Part shown: positions 48,452-58,683 of the stretch, piece after piece | How the letters are laid out: the number at the start of each line of letters is the position of its first letter | Position numbering within the stretch: the first letter of the stretch is position 1 | Source: a virus | IMG/VR virus record: IMGVR_UViG_3300020182_000010 | Coordinates: 1 to 64,000 of that record | DNA: 64,000 nucleotides | Direction: 5' to 3' (one strand) | Translations under genes and position numbers: made by a program | The notes under the pieces: generated by a model | Database searches by the model: none | What the model saw: only the letters and a program-made list of their open reading frames with translations | Told to the model about the DNA's origin: nothing

Positions 48452-51400
48452 TTATGCCAGCTTTCTTGCTGGCGGAGTAAAGCCTGGTGGTGTTTCAAGA
48501 AGGTCTGGATTATGAATTCCACCACCCGTATAAACTTCTATATCGGTCATCCATGAGTTTACGGTGTCAAAACGGGCGTTCGCCTTGTTTGTAAGACCGG
48601 ATATATCACTTGCATCTTCGTTTACAACTACTTCACCATTTATATAATGAACTATACGCCCATTTGATTGAAGTTCAATTGCAAAATGAATCCATCCCTG
48701 AGTATCCAATCTTGTATTACCATTAGCACTATGCGTATAATACTGGAACTCTCCATTGGAACCCCATCCAAGCGTATGAGGATAGCTGGTGCCAGCAATG
48801 AGCCATTGACTATAGGAATATGACGCGCTACTGCCCGCAGTAATCCCAGTCATACCTTCCCACATTGTGGGTTGAGCGGTTCTAAACTTTATGTAATATT
48901 GGTAGGTCATTCCTTCACTAAGATCATCAGTTGACCAAACGTGAACTGATCGGTTGGGCGAAGGGCCATCCAATGCGTTTGGATTGTTGAGCAAGGCATA
49001 TGAGCCGTCTTCAAGACCCCAACTATTTCCCCAACCTGTAGGATGGTGTAATGCAACATAATTTGTAGCATTTGTATCTAATTTAGCGGTCGTGACGGCT
49101 GCAAATGTAGCACTATCCCCACTCAATGACCACATCGGGGCAGGGCCTGCAGCAGGGACCTCTGCAGCGGTCTCTGCAGGGACCACATTCGAACCTAAAG
49201 ATTTAGTTGGTGGTGTAAAGTTTTCGGTGTATCTTGCAAGACCTTTAGTAATGCGGAAGTCTTGGATGTAGCCTTCAATTCGATTGCCGATTCCACCTCC
49301 GTCTCCTGCGTCAAATTCTCCCCCAATTGCAAGTATCAAATCATCCCAATTAATTGTAGATAACCCTGAGTATGTTTGAGACATAACTTCAGATCCATTT
49401 AAATAAGTTTTTAATGAAGTTCCTACAACAACTACGGCAACATGGCTCCATTCATTTTCAGGTACATTTGTACTGGTCGTCCAATAACTCGTTGATCCGT
49501 AATATATGGCTCCGCCTTCCATGCCTGTAAACACAATTACGTTATCTCCATTAGAAATTTTATTTAGACCAAATATCGCGCGATTGCCGCTGTATAATAC
49601 TGTTGGATTCACCCAAGTTTCGATGGTAAACCCTTCGTTTGTCACTAGTGGTCCAATTCCTAAATCTTCTACTCTAACATAACCAGTTCCATCAAAATAC
49701 ATTGACTTAGTATCAGCAAACTTTGGCTGAGCTGATGAACCGGTAGTATTTCCAAATAACGTTAGTTCATTACTACTTTGAGACTTATCTATAATAGAAG
49801 CGTCTGTTCCTTTGATGTGCAATGATGAACCAGAGGAAGATAGTGGAGCGGTAGGTGGTGTAAAGTCGGCGGTGTATCTTGCAACGTCTTTGGTAATTTG
49901 AAAATCGCTGATATTAAATGAACCAGGCCATTCCCCAGCATAAGAATTCAATCCAATAGCAAAATTACCTGAAATAAAGTTTGTACTATTTGATACTGAA
50001 CCTACACTTGTACCATCAATATATATATTGACGGTACCACTATTACGAACCCAAGCAACATGATGCCATTGATCTACGTTAATAGTTCCAACTAGGCCGC
50101 CCATCAGGTTATTGCCATCGGAATATAACTCAACTCCACCATCAGCGTGTATGCCGAGAGTGACATATGCTCCGGTTGTGTTAGTAGGTCTTGTATCAAC
50201 AAGTCTCAACCTTTCTGTGTTATTACGATAAATCCATGTTTCTATAGTAAAATCATTAGTTCCAAAATTTGTAATATTAGTATCATTTACTGTTAAATAA
50301 TCTCCACTACCATCAAAATACACAGACCCGCCGTGGATGCTTGGATTATATTCACTGTAGTCATATGGCGCCAATGGCATTGTGGAAACGTCACCAGTTA
50401 CTGTAATATCATGTGAGTTAGACGAACTATCTTTAATATATGGAAGAGAACTGCTAATTAATAATGCGGTATTAGCATCAGATTCGAATGCCTCTGTGGG
50501 TGGTGTAAATGCTACATCACTAAGTGATGTGCCACCCGTTCTTAAAACAGAGCCATTCGTTACAATGAGATCACTTATATATCCTCCGAAGAAATATTGT
50601 GTTCCTCCCGGTTCATAGCCTCCTATATATGGCCCATAAGCGTAAGAATTATAATTAGTGGAATTTGTGGTTGTAAGTACTAAAGAACCATTTACATATA
50701 ATTTTAGTGAATTACCGTTATTTGCATCTCTATTTAGACTTACATGGTTCCACTCATTTAGCTCGTAAGCATTAACTGTACTAAAATAATCAGCGCCCCC
50801 TGAGACATATTGTCCGAATATAAACTGATTAGTTCCAGTGAGGCCTAGGTAGTATCCATTCGCCGTACCAACTTTATGTGTATTAAAAATCGGGCCTTTT
50901 GCTCCTGTCGGGTACATCCAAAACTCAATACTAAATGAGTTAGTTCCGAAATTAAAATCTGAGAGTGCAGAGCCACCCAATTTCAGTTTATCGCCGGAAC
51001 CATCAAAGTAAGTTGAATATCCACCACTTCTATATGGACTAAAAGTACTAGCCGTCGCATCGCCATTTACTGTAATACTATGGTTATTAGTAGATGAATC
51101 AGTTATATTGTTATTATCAGAAGTTCCTGTTGCTGTTACAAGTAATGTTGTATTACTTGAATTTAAAACCGGAGAATTTTCTACTGGTGCTGCAGGTGCT
51201 GCGCCAACACTACCCATACCACTATGATTTTGGCAATAATAGTATAGTGTAGGTGCACCAACTTCTACAGTAATTTCTGTGTATGCACCTGTTTGCCCAG
51301 GTACGCCATTATAAGTAACACCTGTTGTATATTCACTGCCGCTATCATGTGTGCCGTTTGCAGTTGTGCTAAACTTTAATGGATGTCCAGCATTAGTACT

Positions 51401-51769
51401 ATCGCTTTGGTCAAATCTGTAAGTTTCACCTTCAGTTAATGTAACTGTTGGACTAGCGCCTATTTCATCAGTAATATAATATTTGTTACCAGTACTATAT
51501 GTGTTTGTACCACTGGCAACTGTGACTACATACGTTGTTCCGCTAAATGTTGCAGTAATAGCAGAATTAATATTACCGTCAACATCTGTTAGATCAGTTA
51601 AGTCTACCGGAACATCACTTAGTCTTGCCATTGGAATACCACCAGTTGTAACTCCATCATGTAGTATTATTCTGTTATTAGTGGTATCAAATGTAACTTC
51701 TGCCATTTCGCCTGTAAAGGATTCATGTTCTGTACTAGTGCCCTGGCGTAATTTTACTGATTTTGCCAT
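48452..51769 (-). CDS. Virion fibre/adhesin with Mtd-like N-terminus and tandem LamG (ConA-like) domains
   Basis: LRQGTSTEHESFTG..AEVTFDTT...HDGVTTGG; repeated YFDGSGD, FTIETW, WHHVA, ARYT..FTPP. Confidence 0.85.
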   Translation of the reverse strand: MAKSVKLRQGTSTEHESFTGEMAEVTFDTTNNRIILHDGVTTGGIPMARLSDVPVDLTDLTDVDGNINSAITATFSGTTYVVTVASGTNTYSTGNKYYITDEIGASPTVTLTEGETYRFDQSDSTNAGHPLKFSTTANGTHDSGSEYTTGVTYNGVPGQTGAYTEITVEVGAPTLYYYCQNHSGMGSVGAAPAAPVENSPVLNSSNTTLLVTATGTSDNNNITDSSTNNHSITVNGDATASTFSPYRSGGYSTYFDGSGDKLKLGGSALSDFNFGTNSFSIEFWMYPTGAKGPIFNTHKVGTANGYYLGLTGTNQFIFGQYVSGGADYFSTVNAYELNEWNHVSLNRDANNGNSLKLYVNGSLVLTTTNSTNYNSYAYGPYIGGYEPGGTQYFFGGYISDLIVTNGSVLRTGGTSLSDVAFTPPTEAFESDANTALLISSSLPYIKDSSSNSHDITVTGDVSTMPLAPYDYSEYNPSIHGGSVYFDGSGDYLTVNDTNITNFGTNDFTIETWIYRNNTERLRLVDTRPTNTTGAYVTLGIHADGGVELYSDGNNLMGGLVGTINVDQWHHVAWVRNSGTVNIYIDGTSVGSVSNSTNFISGNFAIGLNSYAGEWPGSFNISDFQITKDVARYTADFTPPTAPLSSSGSSLHIKGTDASIIDKSQSSNELTLFGNTTGSSAQPKFADTKSMYFDGTGYVRVEDLGIGPLVTNEGFTIETWVNPTVLYSGNRAIFGLNKISNGDNVIVFTGMEGGAIYYGSTSYWTTSTNVPENEWSHVAVVVVGTSLKTYLNGSEVMSQTYSGLSTINWDDLILAIGGEFDAGDGGGIGNRIEGYIQDFRITKGLARYTENFTPPTKSLGSNVVPAETAAEVPAAGPAPMWSLSGDSATFAAVTTAKLDTNATNYVALHHPTGWGNSWGLEDGSYALLNNPNALDGPSPNRSVHVWSTDDLSEGMTYQYYIKFRTAQPTMWEGMTGITAGSSASYSYSQWLIAGTSYPHTLGWGSNGEFQYYTHSANGNTRLDTQGWIHFAIELQSNGRIVHYINGEVVVNEDASDISGLTNKANARFDTVNSWMTDIEVYTGGGIHNPDLLETPPGFTPPARKLA

Positions 51770-51810
51770 TTAATAATCTCCTAAAAATATTGTCTAACTA
51801 TATTTATCTA

Positions 51811-52050
51811 TTAAACGGAGAAAAACAGTGATAGTTTATCATATCCTCCAATATATTTGTTGTTCAACCAAATTTGAGGAACAGTACGTGGTACTACGTT
51901 TTCAATAGCCGCTGCTTCCAAAAGTTCTTGTTTTTTATCTGGGTGACTTGATATATTATATTCGACAAAGCTAATGCCTTTTTGTTCTAATAATTTTTTT
52001 GCTGCAACACAAAATCCACATCCATCTTTACTATATATTACTGCATTCAT
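51811..52050 (-). CDS. Glutaredoxin
   Basis: CGFC, TVPQIW, IGGYD. Confidence 0.92.
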   Translation of the reverse strand: MNAVIYSKDGCGFCVAAKKLLEQKGISFVEYNISSHPDKKQELLEAAAIENVVPRTVPQIWLNNKYIGGYDKLSLFFSV

Positions 52051-52260
52051 TTAATTTTCCTTTTATTTTATTTTATGAATATACTTATACAGTTTAACAT
52101 AATATTCAAATGTTTTTGGATATGTTTCTGGATCAGGAAGTATACCTTTAAAATATTCTATAAAATCTTTTATTTGTTCATCTGACATAATAATTCAATT
52201 GTTTCATCTGTAATCAGTGTTTCTAAGTTAGACTTCATCTAACAGTTATTAATAATATTA

Positions 52261-53352
52261 TTACCAACCAATTCTTTCCCAAGGAACATCTTTGTTACCA
52301 AAGTGTCCATATACACAATTTTCACTGTATTTAGTATAGTTAAATAAATCAAATCTATCAATAATTCCTCTAGGAGTTAGATCAATACTTTCTTTAATAA
52401 ACTTTTGAATACTACGATTATGTCCGTTCGAATCAACATAGATACTTGTAGGTTCTTTAATACCGATAGCATAACTAAGTTGTATACTGCACCAATCTGC
52501 CATATTATCTGCCACAACATTCTTGGCAAGCCAACGAGCCATATATGCAGCGGAACGATCTACTTTAGTAGGATCTTTGCCACTAAAAGCACCACCACCG
52601 TGCGGAGCAAATCCGCCATAGGTATCAACAATAATTTTTCGTCCAGTAACACCGGCATCACCATCAGGACCACCTATAACAAAATTGCCAGTGGGATTAA
52701 TATGCCAGATTGTATCGTCATCGATCAAATCTCCCATGGCATGATGTGCGGCTTGTTTTGCAATTATTCTTGCTGCTTCTATTTCATTTTCTGTGTGTTG
52801 AGTACTAATAACAATTTGATCTGCGCGTTTTACTATACCACCTTCATATTGCATACTAACCTGTGATTTTGCATCTGGTCCTAATATACTGTCTAAATTT
52901 CTAACTTCTTTTAATTCTTTAAGAATTTTGTGAGCATAATAAATCGGGGCTGGCATATATGAATCATTATCATTACAAGCATAACCAAACATGATGCCTT
53001 GGTCACCAGCACCGAAGTTATCAGTACCTAAGGCAATATCTGAACTTTGTGAATGAATTTCATTATAGATTTTTAGTTTGTCCCAATGAAATCCCTTCTG
53101 TTCGTAACCGATATCACGAATTTTATTACGCACAATTTCCTTGACAGTATCTTTGCTTACGTTAAAGTTTTTCACTTCGCCAGCCAATGTCACATGATTC
53201 GTAGTCACAAGAGTTTCTACCGCAATACGAGTTGTTTCATCACCATTAGCAAGCCCCGCATCTACTAATGCATCTGAAATTTGATCTGCAACTTTATCTG
53301 GATGACCGTCACTAACACTTTCACTTGTAAAAATATAATTTCCTGGTTTCAT
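52261..53352 (-). CDS. metK: S-adenosylmethionine synthetase
   Basis: FTSESVSDGHPDK, GAGDQG, GGPDGDAGVTGRKIIVDTYGG, GGGAFSGKDPTKVDRS. Confidence 0.97.
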   Translation of the reverse strand: MKPGNYIFTSESVSDGHPDKVADQISDALVDAGLANGDETTRIAVETLVTTNHVTLAGEVKNFNVSKDTVKEIVRNKIRDIGYEQKGFHWDKLKIYNEIHSQSSDIALGTDNFGAGDQGIMFGYACNDNDSYMPAPIYYAHKILKELKEVRNLDSILGPDAKSQVSMQYEGGIVKRADQIVISTQHTENEIEAARIIAKQAAHHAMGDLIDDDTIWHINPTGNFVIGGPDGDAGVTGRKIIVDTYGGFAPHGGGAFSGKDPTKVDRSAAYMARWLAKNVVADNMADWCSIQLSYAIGIKEPTSIYVDSNGHNRSIQKFIKESIDLTPRGIIDRFDLFNYTKYSENCVYGHFGNKDVPWERIGW

Positions 53353-53368
53353 TATAATCTTTCTATTT

Positions 53369-53779
53369 TTATTTTTTTGCACTGCATACTAATTCACGCA
53401 GTTTACTTGAACTAAATCTATGATCCCGTTCATTGAAATATATTTCAATATCTCTTTTTTTACAAATATCTCTACCAGTAAAATCTTTATCACGATATTC
53501 TACTCCTAGAATGCGTATATCAATATGCATACCACTAAGAATATCTTCCAAATCTTTTTCGGTTGCATATGGAATAATTTCATCCACATACTTACACGCC
53601 CGTAATTGTAGATATCGTTCGACCACAGTTTGGACGGGTTTATTTTTTGTATCTCTGTCAATTGATGGATCTATTTGCAATCCCACAATTAAATAATCAC
53701 AATGTGATTTTGCTTCTTCTAACATAAGAGTATGTCCTGCATGTAGTAAGTCAAATGTTGATGCTGTGAAACCTATCAT
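53369..53779 (-). CDS. Cytidylyltransferase (TagD/RfaE-like)
   Basis: FDLLHAGH, YLIVGL, YVDEI, RDHRFSSSKLR. Confidence 0.88.
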   Translation of the reverse strand: MIGFTASTFDLLHAGHTLMLEEAKSHCDYLIVGLQIDPSIDRDTKNKPVQTVVERYLQLRACKYVDEIIPYATEKDLEDILSGMHIDIRILGVEYRDKDFTGRDICKKRDIEIYFNERDHRFSSSKLRELVCSAKK

Positions 53780-53781
53780 TA

Positions 53782-54006
53782 TTATAACCTCATTAAAAAA
53801 TCTGCTGCATCTATTTCATTTCTGAAATTAATAGTTGCTGTACTAATATATTTGTCTATATGACAAGAAAAGTCTCTAGATTCATACCGAGAGACTAAAT
53901 CATTTCTTAATTCTACATCACTTGTGCCATCATACATGACAACTACTGCATATGGCAGTTTTACATCTTTAATCATTAATGATTTTACTAGTTTCATTCC
54001 AGACAT
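53782..54006 (-). CDS. Hypothetical protein
   Basis: 74 aa ORF. Confidence 0.55.
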   Translation of the reverse strand: MSGMKLVKSLMIKDVKLPYAVVVMYDGTSDVELRNDLVSRYESRDFSCHIDKYISTATINFRNEIDAADFLMRL

Positions 54007-54248
54007 ATTTCATTCATACCAGTCATTACAGATAAGCAAGTACTATCTAGATTAAATTCCATAACTGTTGTCCACATTATTGGCAGAAACGCTGCTGTAA
54101 GTATAGTGATAATAATACCAGAAATAGTTAAAATCATATCATCTGGATTTTTAGGCAATGCTGTTACCATCATTATTGTTACTATAATCAACATTACTAA
54201 ACATATTGTTAATAACATTGTCAGCCATACAAAAAACGTTTCAGCCAT
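53994..54248 (-). CDS. Hypothetical membrane protein
   Basis: Two hydrophobic helices. Confidence 0.55.
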   Translation of the reverse strand: MAETFFVWLTMLLTICLVMLIIVTIMMVTALPKNPDDMILTISGIIITILTAAFLPIMWTTVMEFNLDSTCLSVMTGMNEICLE

Positions 54249-54258
54249 ATTTAATCAC

Positions 54259-55428
54259 CTATATTTTAGTAGTAGAATTTGCATATACTGAATTAAATTG
54301 ATTATTTACTCTAACAAATGTTGTACACTTTGTCAACTGTTTTAATTTTTGAGCGCCCGCATATGTACAAGTTGATCTAATACCTCCAAGAATATCTTGT
54401 AGTGTGCTTTCAACTTCTCCACGATATGGTACGAGAACTTCTCTGCCTTCACTACTTCTATAATTCTTTAGTCCACCAAAGTGCTTTGTGTTGGCTGCGT
54501 CACTGCTCATACCATAAAACTGTACAAATCGCTTTTCTTTATATACTGGTTCATAAAAATTATCATCGGTTTTGATAACTTCATCTGTTTCGTAAATCTT
54601 TGTTATTACTTCGCCACCGCCCTCAACATGTCCAGCAAGCATACCACCTAGCATCACAAAATCAGCACCAGCAGCAAATGCTTTAGCAATATCACCTGGA
54701 CAAGTACAACCGCCGTCAGCGATAATGTGACCACCAAGCCCGTGAGCAGCATCGGCACATTCAATGACCGCTGAGAGTTGCGGATATCCCACCCCAGTTT
54801 GAATACGTGTTGTACAAACACTTCCAGGGCCGATGCCCACTTTAACAATATCTGCACCATTTAAAATTAACTCTTGTGTTTGATCCGCAGTGACAACATT
54901 GCCAGCAATGATTACAATATTAGGATATAATAGTCTAAAGTCGGCAACAAAATTAGTAAATCGTTCACTGTAACCATTAGCCACATCAATGCATACATAT
55001 TTTAAATTAGAATTAACGTGTGTATGCACACTTTTAAATTTTTTTAAATCTTGTTCACCAATCCCAATACTCATTGCAATATGTTCTTTATATTTTGAAT
55101 TTGAATTGAAAAATTCAATTAATTCATCAGAACTATATGTTTTAACCAAGCAAGTAAAAACGCCTTGTTCTGCTAAAGTAGTTGCCATTGCAAATGTACC
55201 AACTCCATCCATATTTGCTGCCATAATTGGTATACCATCAAAATCGGATTCAACATATGGACCCGCTGGATATCCAGAAGGTAGAACATCAATGTTTAAT
55301 AACGGAGAATAGTTTCGAAAAATAAATTCTCTGTTTAAATCAACATCTTTTCGTGAACTAAGTATTGATCTTTTAGGCCGAATAAGAACATCACTATAAT
55401 CAAGTAATACTTCATTTTCGATACGCAT
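54259..55428 (-). CDS. guaC: GMP reductase
   Basis: [55 protein letters not shown]. Confidence 0.95.
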   Translation of the reverse strand: MRIENEVLLDYSDVLIRPKRSILSSRKDVDLNREFIFRNYSPLLNIDVLPSGYPAGPYVESDFDGIPIMAANMDGVGTFAMATTLAEQGVFTCLVKTYSSDELIEFFNSNSKYKEHIAMSIGIGEQDLKKFKSVHTHVNSNLKYVCIDVANGYSERFTNFVADFRLLYPNIVIIAGNVVTADQTQELILNGADIVKVGIGPGSVCTTRIQTGVGYPQLSAVIECADAAHGLGGHIIADGGCTCPGDIAKAFAAGADFVMLGGMLAGHVEGGGEVITKIYETDEVIKTDDNFYEPVYKEKRFVQFYGMSSDAANTKHFGGLKNYRSSEGREVLVPYRGEVESTLQDILGGIRSTCTYAGAQKLKQLTKCTTFVRVNNQFNSVYANSTTKI

Positions 55429-56039
55429 TATGTAGTTGCCTCCGATTCTACTTCTTCAACATGCCCATATTCATCACATTCAACAACAGTCACATTACAA
55501 TGAATTTCAAACTGATTATCAAGAAATTCCCAACCTAGTTCCTCGACTCCTTCTTCATATTCTTCATTATATGCTTCTTCGATTTCTTCCATCATCTCGT
55601 CAACGTCTGATAGTTTGGGTCCATTTGTTTTAATTGACCAATCTTCCCAGCAACCATCCCAACAGTCTAGCATTTCTGCATGTGGATAGTCTTCTGTTAA
55701 ATCAATCCATTCATCGTCAGTTGATGGAAGTAGAACATCTAAGATAGAAAAATCTTCTGGTAGTTTTTCTACATCATCTTCATAATAGGTGCACCCATGG
55801 TCACTTGCAAAATCGAATACACTATCATATCCTTGTTCTTTGATATATTCATCAATTTCTTCTTGTGTATCTGGGATAGAAAGCATAAACGATCCCCATC
55901 GCCATCCAAGTTCTTTATGAAGGAACGCAAACTTACCTTTATCTTCATCGTTGTTAGTTAATTCTTCAAGCGGTCTACGAAAGTATGTAAACTCTACTAC
56001 TGATTTTTTGCGAGTTGGTTCAATTCTAAAATGTTTCAT
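55428..56039 (-). CDS. Hypothetical acidic protein
   Basis: 203 aa ORF. Confidence 0.7.
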   Translation of the reverse strand: MKHFRIEPTRKKSVVEFTYFRRPLEELTNNDEDKGKFAFLHKELGWRWGSFMLSIPDTQEEIDEYIKEQGYDSVFDFASDHGCTYYEDDVEKLPEDFSILDVLLPSTDDEWIDLTEDYPHAEMLDCWDGCWEDWSIKTNGPKLSDVDEMMEEIEEAYNEEYEEGVEELGWEFLDNQFEIHCNVTVVECDEYGHVEEVESEATT

Positions 56040-56125
56040 TATATACCTATTTCACTTATATTACAAATAAAAGCCTTCCCGGGCGAAGTCTAACCGGTTA
56101 GGATCTTCGCCCAGGATCATGAGAT

Positions 56126-56404
56126 TTATTGTTGAGAGTTTGATCCCATGATTTCTTTAAACTCAGTGATGATTTCACTATCCACAAGTTCGGAACGATA
56201 TAGTGCATATCGTTTTGTATTACCGTTATATACACCTACCTCGGTCACATCACCTCGGTCGTTTGTTGCCATCATGCCGTAAAGTTTATCACGGCCTCTC
56301 AAATTTTTCACCAAGCGAACTGCTTCCTCCATTGAAGGCGTCATTCGTCGTGATGGTCGTTTACCCTTATAATTATTTGTACGGGCATTTGGTTGATTTG
56401 TCAT
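56126..56404 (-). CDS. Hypothetical protein
   Basis: 92 aa, GAGG RBS. Confidence 0.65.
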   Translation of the reverse strand: MTNQPNARTNNYKGKRPSRRMTPSMEEAVRLVKNLRGRDKLYGMMATNDRGDVTEVGVYNGNTKRYALYRSELVDSEIITEFKEIMGSNSQQ

Positions 56405-56488
56405 TTATACATTCCTCTTATGACAAGTTACATTTAAGTTTAACATTTTAATTATTGCACATATTTGTGCGATTGTCAAGAATTATTT

Positions 56489-57118
56489 TTAATTCCAGCG
56501 ATAAAAGATATGTGATCCAATACGTCCGATCAGATCCATACCACGATCACTGCGCCAGTTTGGTTTAACATAGGTAGCATGATAGTGTGTAGCACCCTCC
56601 GTAATACCACGAAAACGTTCATCGTGCATCATTTCCCATGCAACCATTTGTGCACGGACCCAGTTTTCAGAACCTTCTGGTACTTTATCTGACTTGCCGT
56701 CACAATACCAAGAAAATTGGCACCTATTTCGACGCATATTGCCACGGCTATCTTTTTGTCCATCATACACTACTTCACATACCGTACTAGGATAATGCGA
56801 ATGTAATACTCGATTTAATACTACATCTGCAACTGCTGCCATGCCAGCATGATTATCTATTCCACTTTCAAAGAAAATATTCTGTGCCATACAAAATTCT
56901 TGCTTGTATTTTTTAGGCGAATATAGAAAGTATTCTTTATCTCTGCGTGATTTATAGTCAGATGCAGAGGCTAATACTACCATGTTTTCTACTGGTTGCA
57001 CGACATTTTGTAGAGTCGTAGTTTCATTTTTTACACTTGCCTGTGGGGTTGTTACACTAACTAGTGTGGTAAGAATTGCTGCATTCACTGAGTATGCTAT
57101 TACATTTTTCAGTTTCAT
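56489..57118 (-). CDS. Cell wall hydrolase (SleB/Hydrolase_2)
   Basis: CMAQNIFFES, VADVVLNRV, CQFSWYCDG, GATHYHA, IGSHIFY. Confidence 0.92.
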   Translation of the reverse strand: MKLKNVIAYSVNAAILTTLVSVTTPQASVKNETTTLQNVVQPVENMVVLASASDYKSRRDKEYFLYSPKKYKQEFCMAQNIFFESGIDNHAGMAAVADVVLNRVLHSHYPSTVCEVVYDGQKDSRGNMRRNRCQFSWYCDGKSDKVPEGSENWVRAQMVAWEMMHDERFRGITEGATHYHATYVKPNWRSDRGMDLIGRIGSHIFYRWN

Positions 57119-57152
57119 TTTATACCTGCACGATTGTTTCTGTTATATAACT

Positions 57153-57181
57153 TTTATACAGTGATTCGTTTTAAATGTCAA
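57153..57181 (-). promoter_or_regulatory. Sigma70-type early promoter with GANTC spacer
   Basis: TTGACA-tttaaaaCGAATCActg-TATAAA. Confidence 0.8.
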
Positions 57182-57184
57182 CCG

Positions 57185-57652
57185 TTATTTTACGTATATT
57201 TTTAAAACCTCATATTCAATAACATCATCTCCACGGATTAATTCGGCAACATCTCCCACACCCAGTCCCAATAATTCACGACCAAGTGGTGATTTAAAAC
57301 TAATACTACCGTTACTTGGATCACTTTCACTTTCGCCAAGGATCGTATATGTTACGATTTTATCAACGAAAAAGTTTTCTAATTGTACTGTTAATCCTGG
57401 TGCAACTTTATCATAGTTTCCAGGAGATGGAATTATAAGAAGTTTACTATTTTGAATAATTGCTTCGAGTCTAGCGATTTCTATATCAACACGATTCATT
57501 TCATCCAATGACATATGAAGTTCTTCATTCTCTTCAATGCCACCATTTTCACGTGCAGCAGATAGTTGTTCTGCAATAATGGGTTTCTTTTTATTTAAAA
57601 CTGTAATTTTATTTTCTAGATCAGTACGACCATTTTGCGTTATTAAGTCCAT
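57185..57652 (-). CDS. greA: GreA/GreB-family transcription elongation factor
   Basis: LIT.NG, ARENGGIEEN, YTILGESESDP..GSISFKSPLGRELLG..VGD. Confidence 0.88.
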   Translation of the reverse strand: MDLITQNGRTDLENKITVLNKKKPIIAEQLSAARENGGIEENEELHMSLDEMNRVDIEIARLEAIIQNSKLLIIPSPGNYDKVAPGLTVQLENFFVDKIVTYTILGESESDPSNGSISFKSPLGRELLGLGVGDVAELIRGDDVIEYEVLKIYVK

Positions 57653-57729
57653 ATCTTTATTATATTCCTGATCATTATTATTATTGTCGGTATATTTATC
57701 GTTTTGTAACGTTTTGAAGCCAGTAATAT

Positions 57730-58152
57730 TCATAATAGTTCCTCAAATTTAATAGTTTTTCTAATTTCATCAAAATGTCGGTAAAACGGGTTTAAATCTC
57801 CATTACTTTTTTTATAAGATTGTGTTTTACTTTCAAGTATAGCAGATTCATACAACATTGTAATAATAATCATATCATCTGAAAGTTCTTGTTCACTGGG
57901 ATCATTGCCGTCAGAATATAAATCGCTAATTACAAAATGAGCCATACGTGACGTAGGAGAATTATTTAGAATGTATTCAAGTTCATCAGGTTCGCATGAT
58001 GGCCAAGGAACATCTTTTACGCCTTTTTCACCAGTTGAATAATCCTGTGTTCCACGTATAATATCATCCAAAGTTTTCCAACAATCTTCCTCCAATTTTT
58101 CATCATTCTTTGCTTTAACAATGTCACTAAAATTAATAATATTATTAGTCAT
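57730..58152 (-). CDS. Hypothetical protein
   Basis: 140 aa ORF. Confidence 0.6.
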   Translation of the reverse strand: MTNNIINFSDIVKAKNDEKLEEDCWKTLDDIIRGTQDYSTGEKGVKDVPWPSCEPDELEYILNNSPTSRMAHFVISDLYSDGNDPSEQELSDDMIIITMLYESAILESKTQSYKKSNGDLNPFYRHFDEIRKTIKFEELL

Positions 58153-58331
58153 TTTGTTTCTCCATATTCTACTACTTTAGTATTTTTTGATTTCCATATA
58201 GATGCGAATTGTTTAGCATCTTTTATATTATCAAATGTCTTAACTGTCAAATCCCAACAGTTCTCACTATTATCCTCAGTTACATAAATCCAATCATCAT
58301 CGGCAAGTTCTAATTTAATTGCATATTTCAT
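58149..58331 (-). CDS. Hypothetical protein
   Basis: 60 aa, coupled overlaps. Confidence 0.6.
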   Translation of the reverse strand: MKYAIKLELADDDWIYVTEDNSENCWDLTVKTFDNIKDAKQFASIWKSKNTKVVEYGETK

Positions 58332-58519
58332 TGTTTATTCTTTGATTCTTGATTAATTCTAAAGTCAGTGTAACTGGTATTCCATAGATTTAGTATAAAG
58401 TATATACCAAATCCACCTACTGCTGACATAAGAATATTCCCAGTAAGTAATAGTCTAATGTTCATAAAAATAAAATCAGCAGCAAGAAATGCCACTGGAT
58501 AATCATACCATCTAATCAT
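58328..58519 (-). CDS. Hypothetical membrane protein
   Basis: 63 aa. Confidence 0.6.
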   Translation of the reverse strand: MIRWYDYPVAFLAADFIFMNIRLLLTGNILMSAVGGFGIYFILNLWNTSYTDFRINQESKNKQ

Positions 58520-58683
58520 CTAAACTTCCTATCTATCCATTTCTTTCCGACATATAATATAGCAACTACAAAGACAATAACACCAAGTAAAATGCTTTCT
58601 AATATTATATCACCCTGGCTACTATCTATTTCAATGCCGTCAGTTGTCACTGCAATTCGGCAATCTTCACATGAATTATTCAT
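58516..58683 (-). CDS. Small membrane protein (55 aa)
   Basis: Own translation MNNSCEDCRIAV...ILLGVIVFVVAILYVGKK; ATGA overlaps at both ends. Confidence 0.6.
   Translation of the reverse strand: MNNSCEDCRIAVTTDGIEIDSSQGDIILESILLGVIVFVVAILYVGKKWIDRKFR

Noticed and set aside
48452-51769. Diversity-generating retroelement target (Mtd-like N-terminus)
   Set aside because: No reverse transcriptase or template/variable repeat pair seen in this window.
33280-55428. Bacterial chromosome or prophage junction to explain putA, metK and guaC
   Set aside because: These genes are interleaved with phage hypothetical genes and phage promoters and share the AT-rich style; no integrase, att site or housekeeping operon seen.
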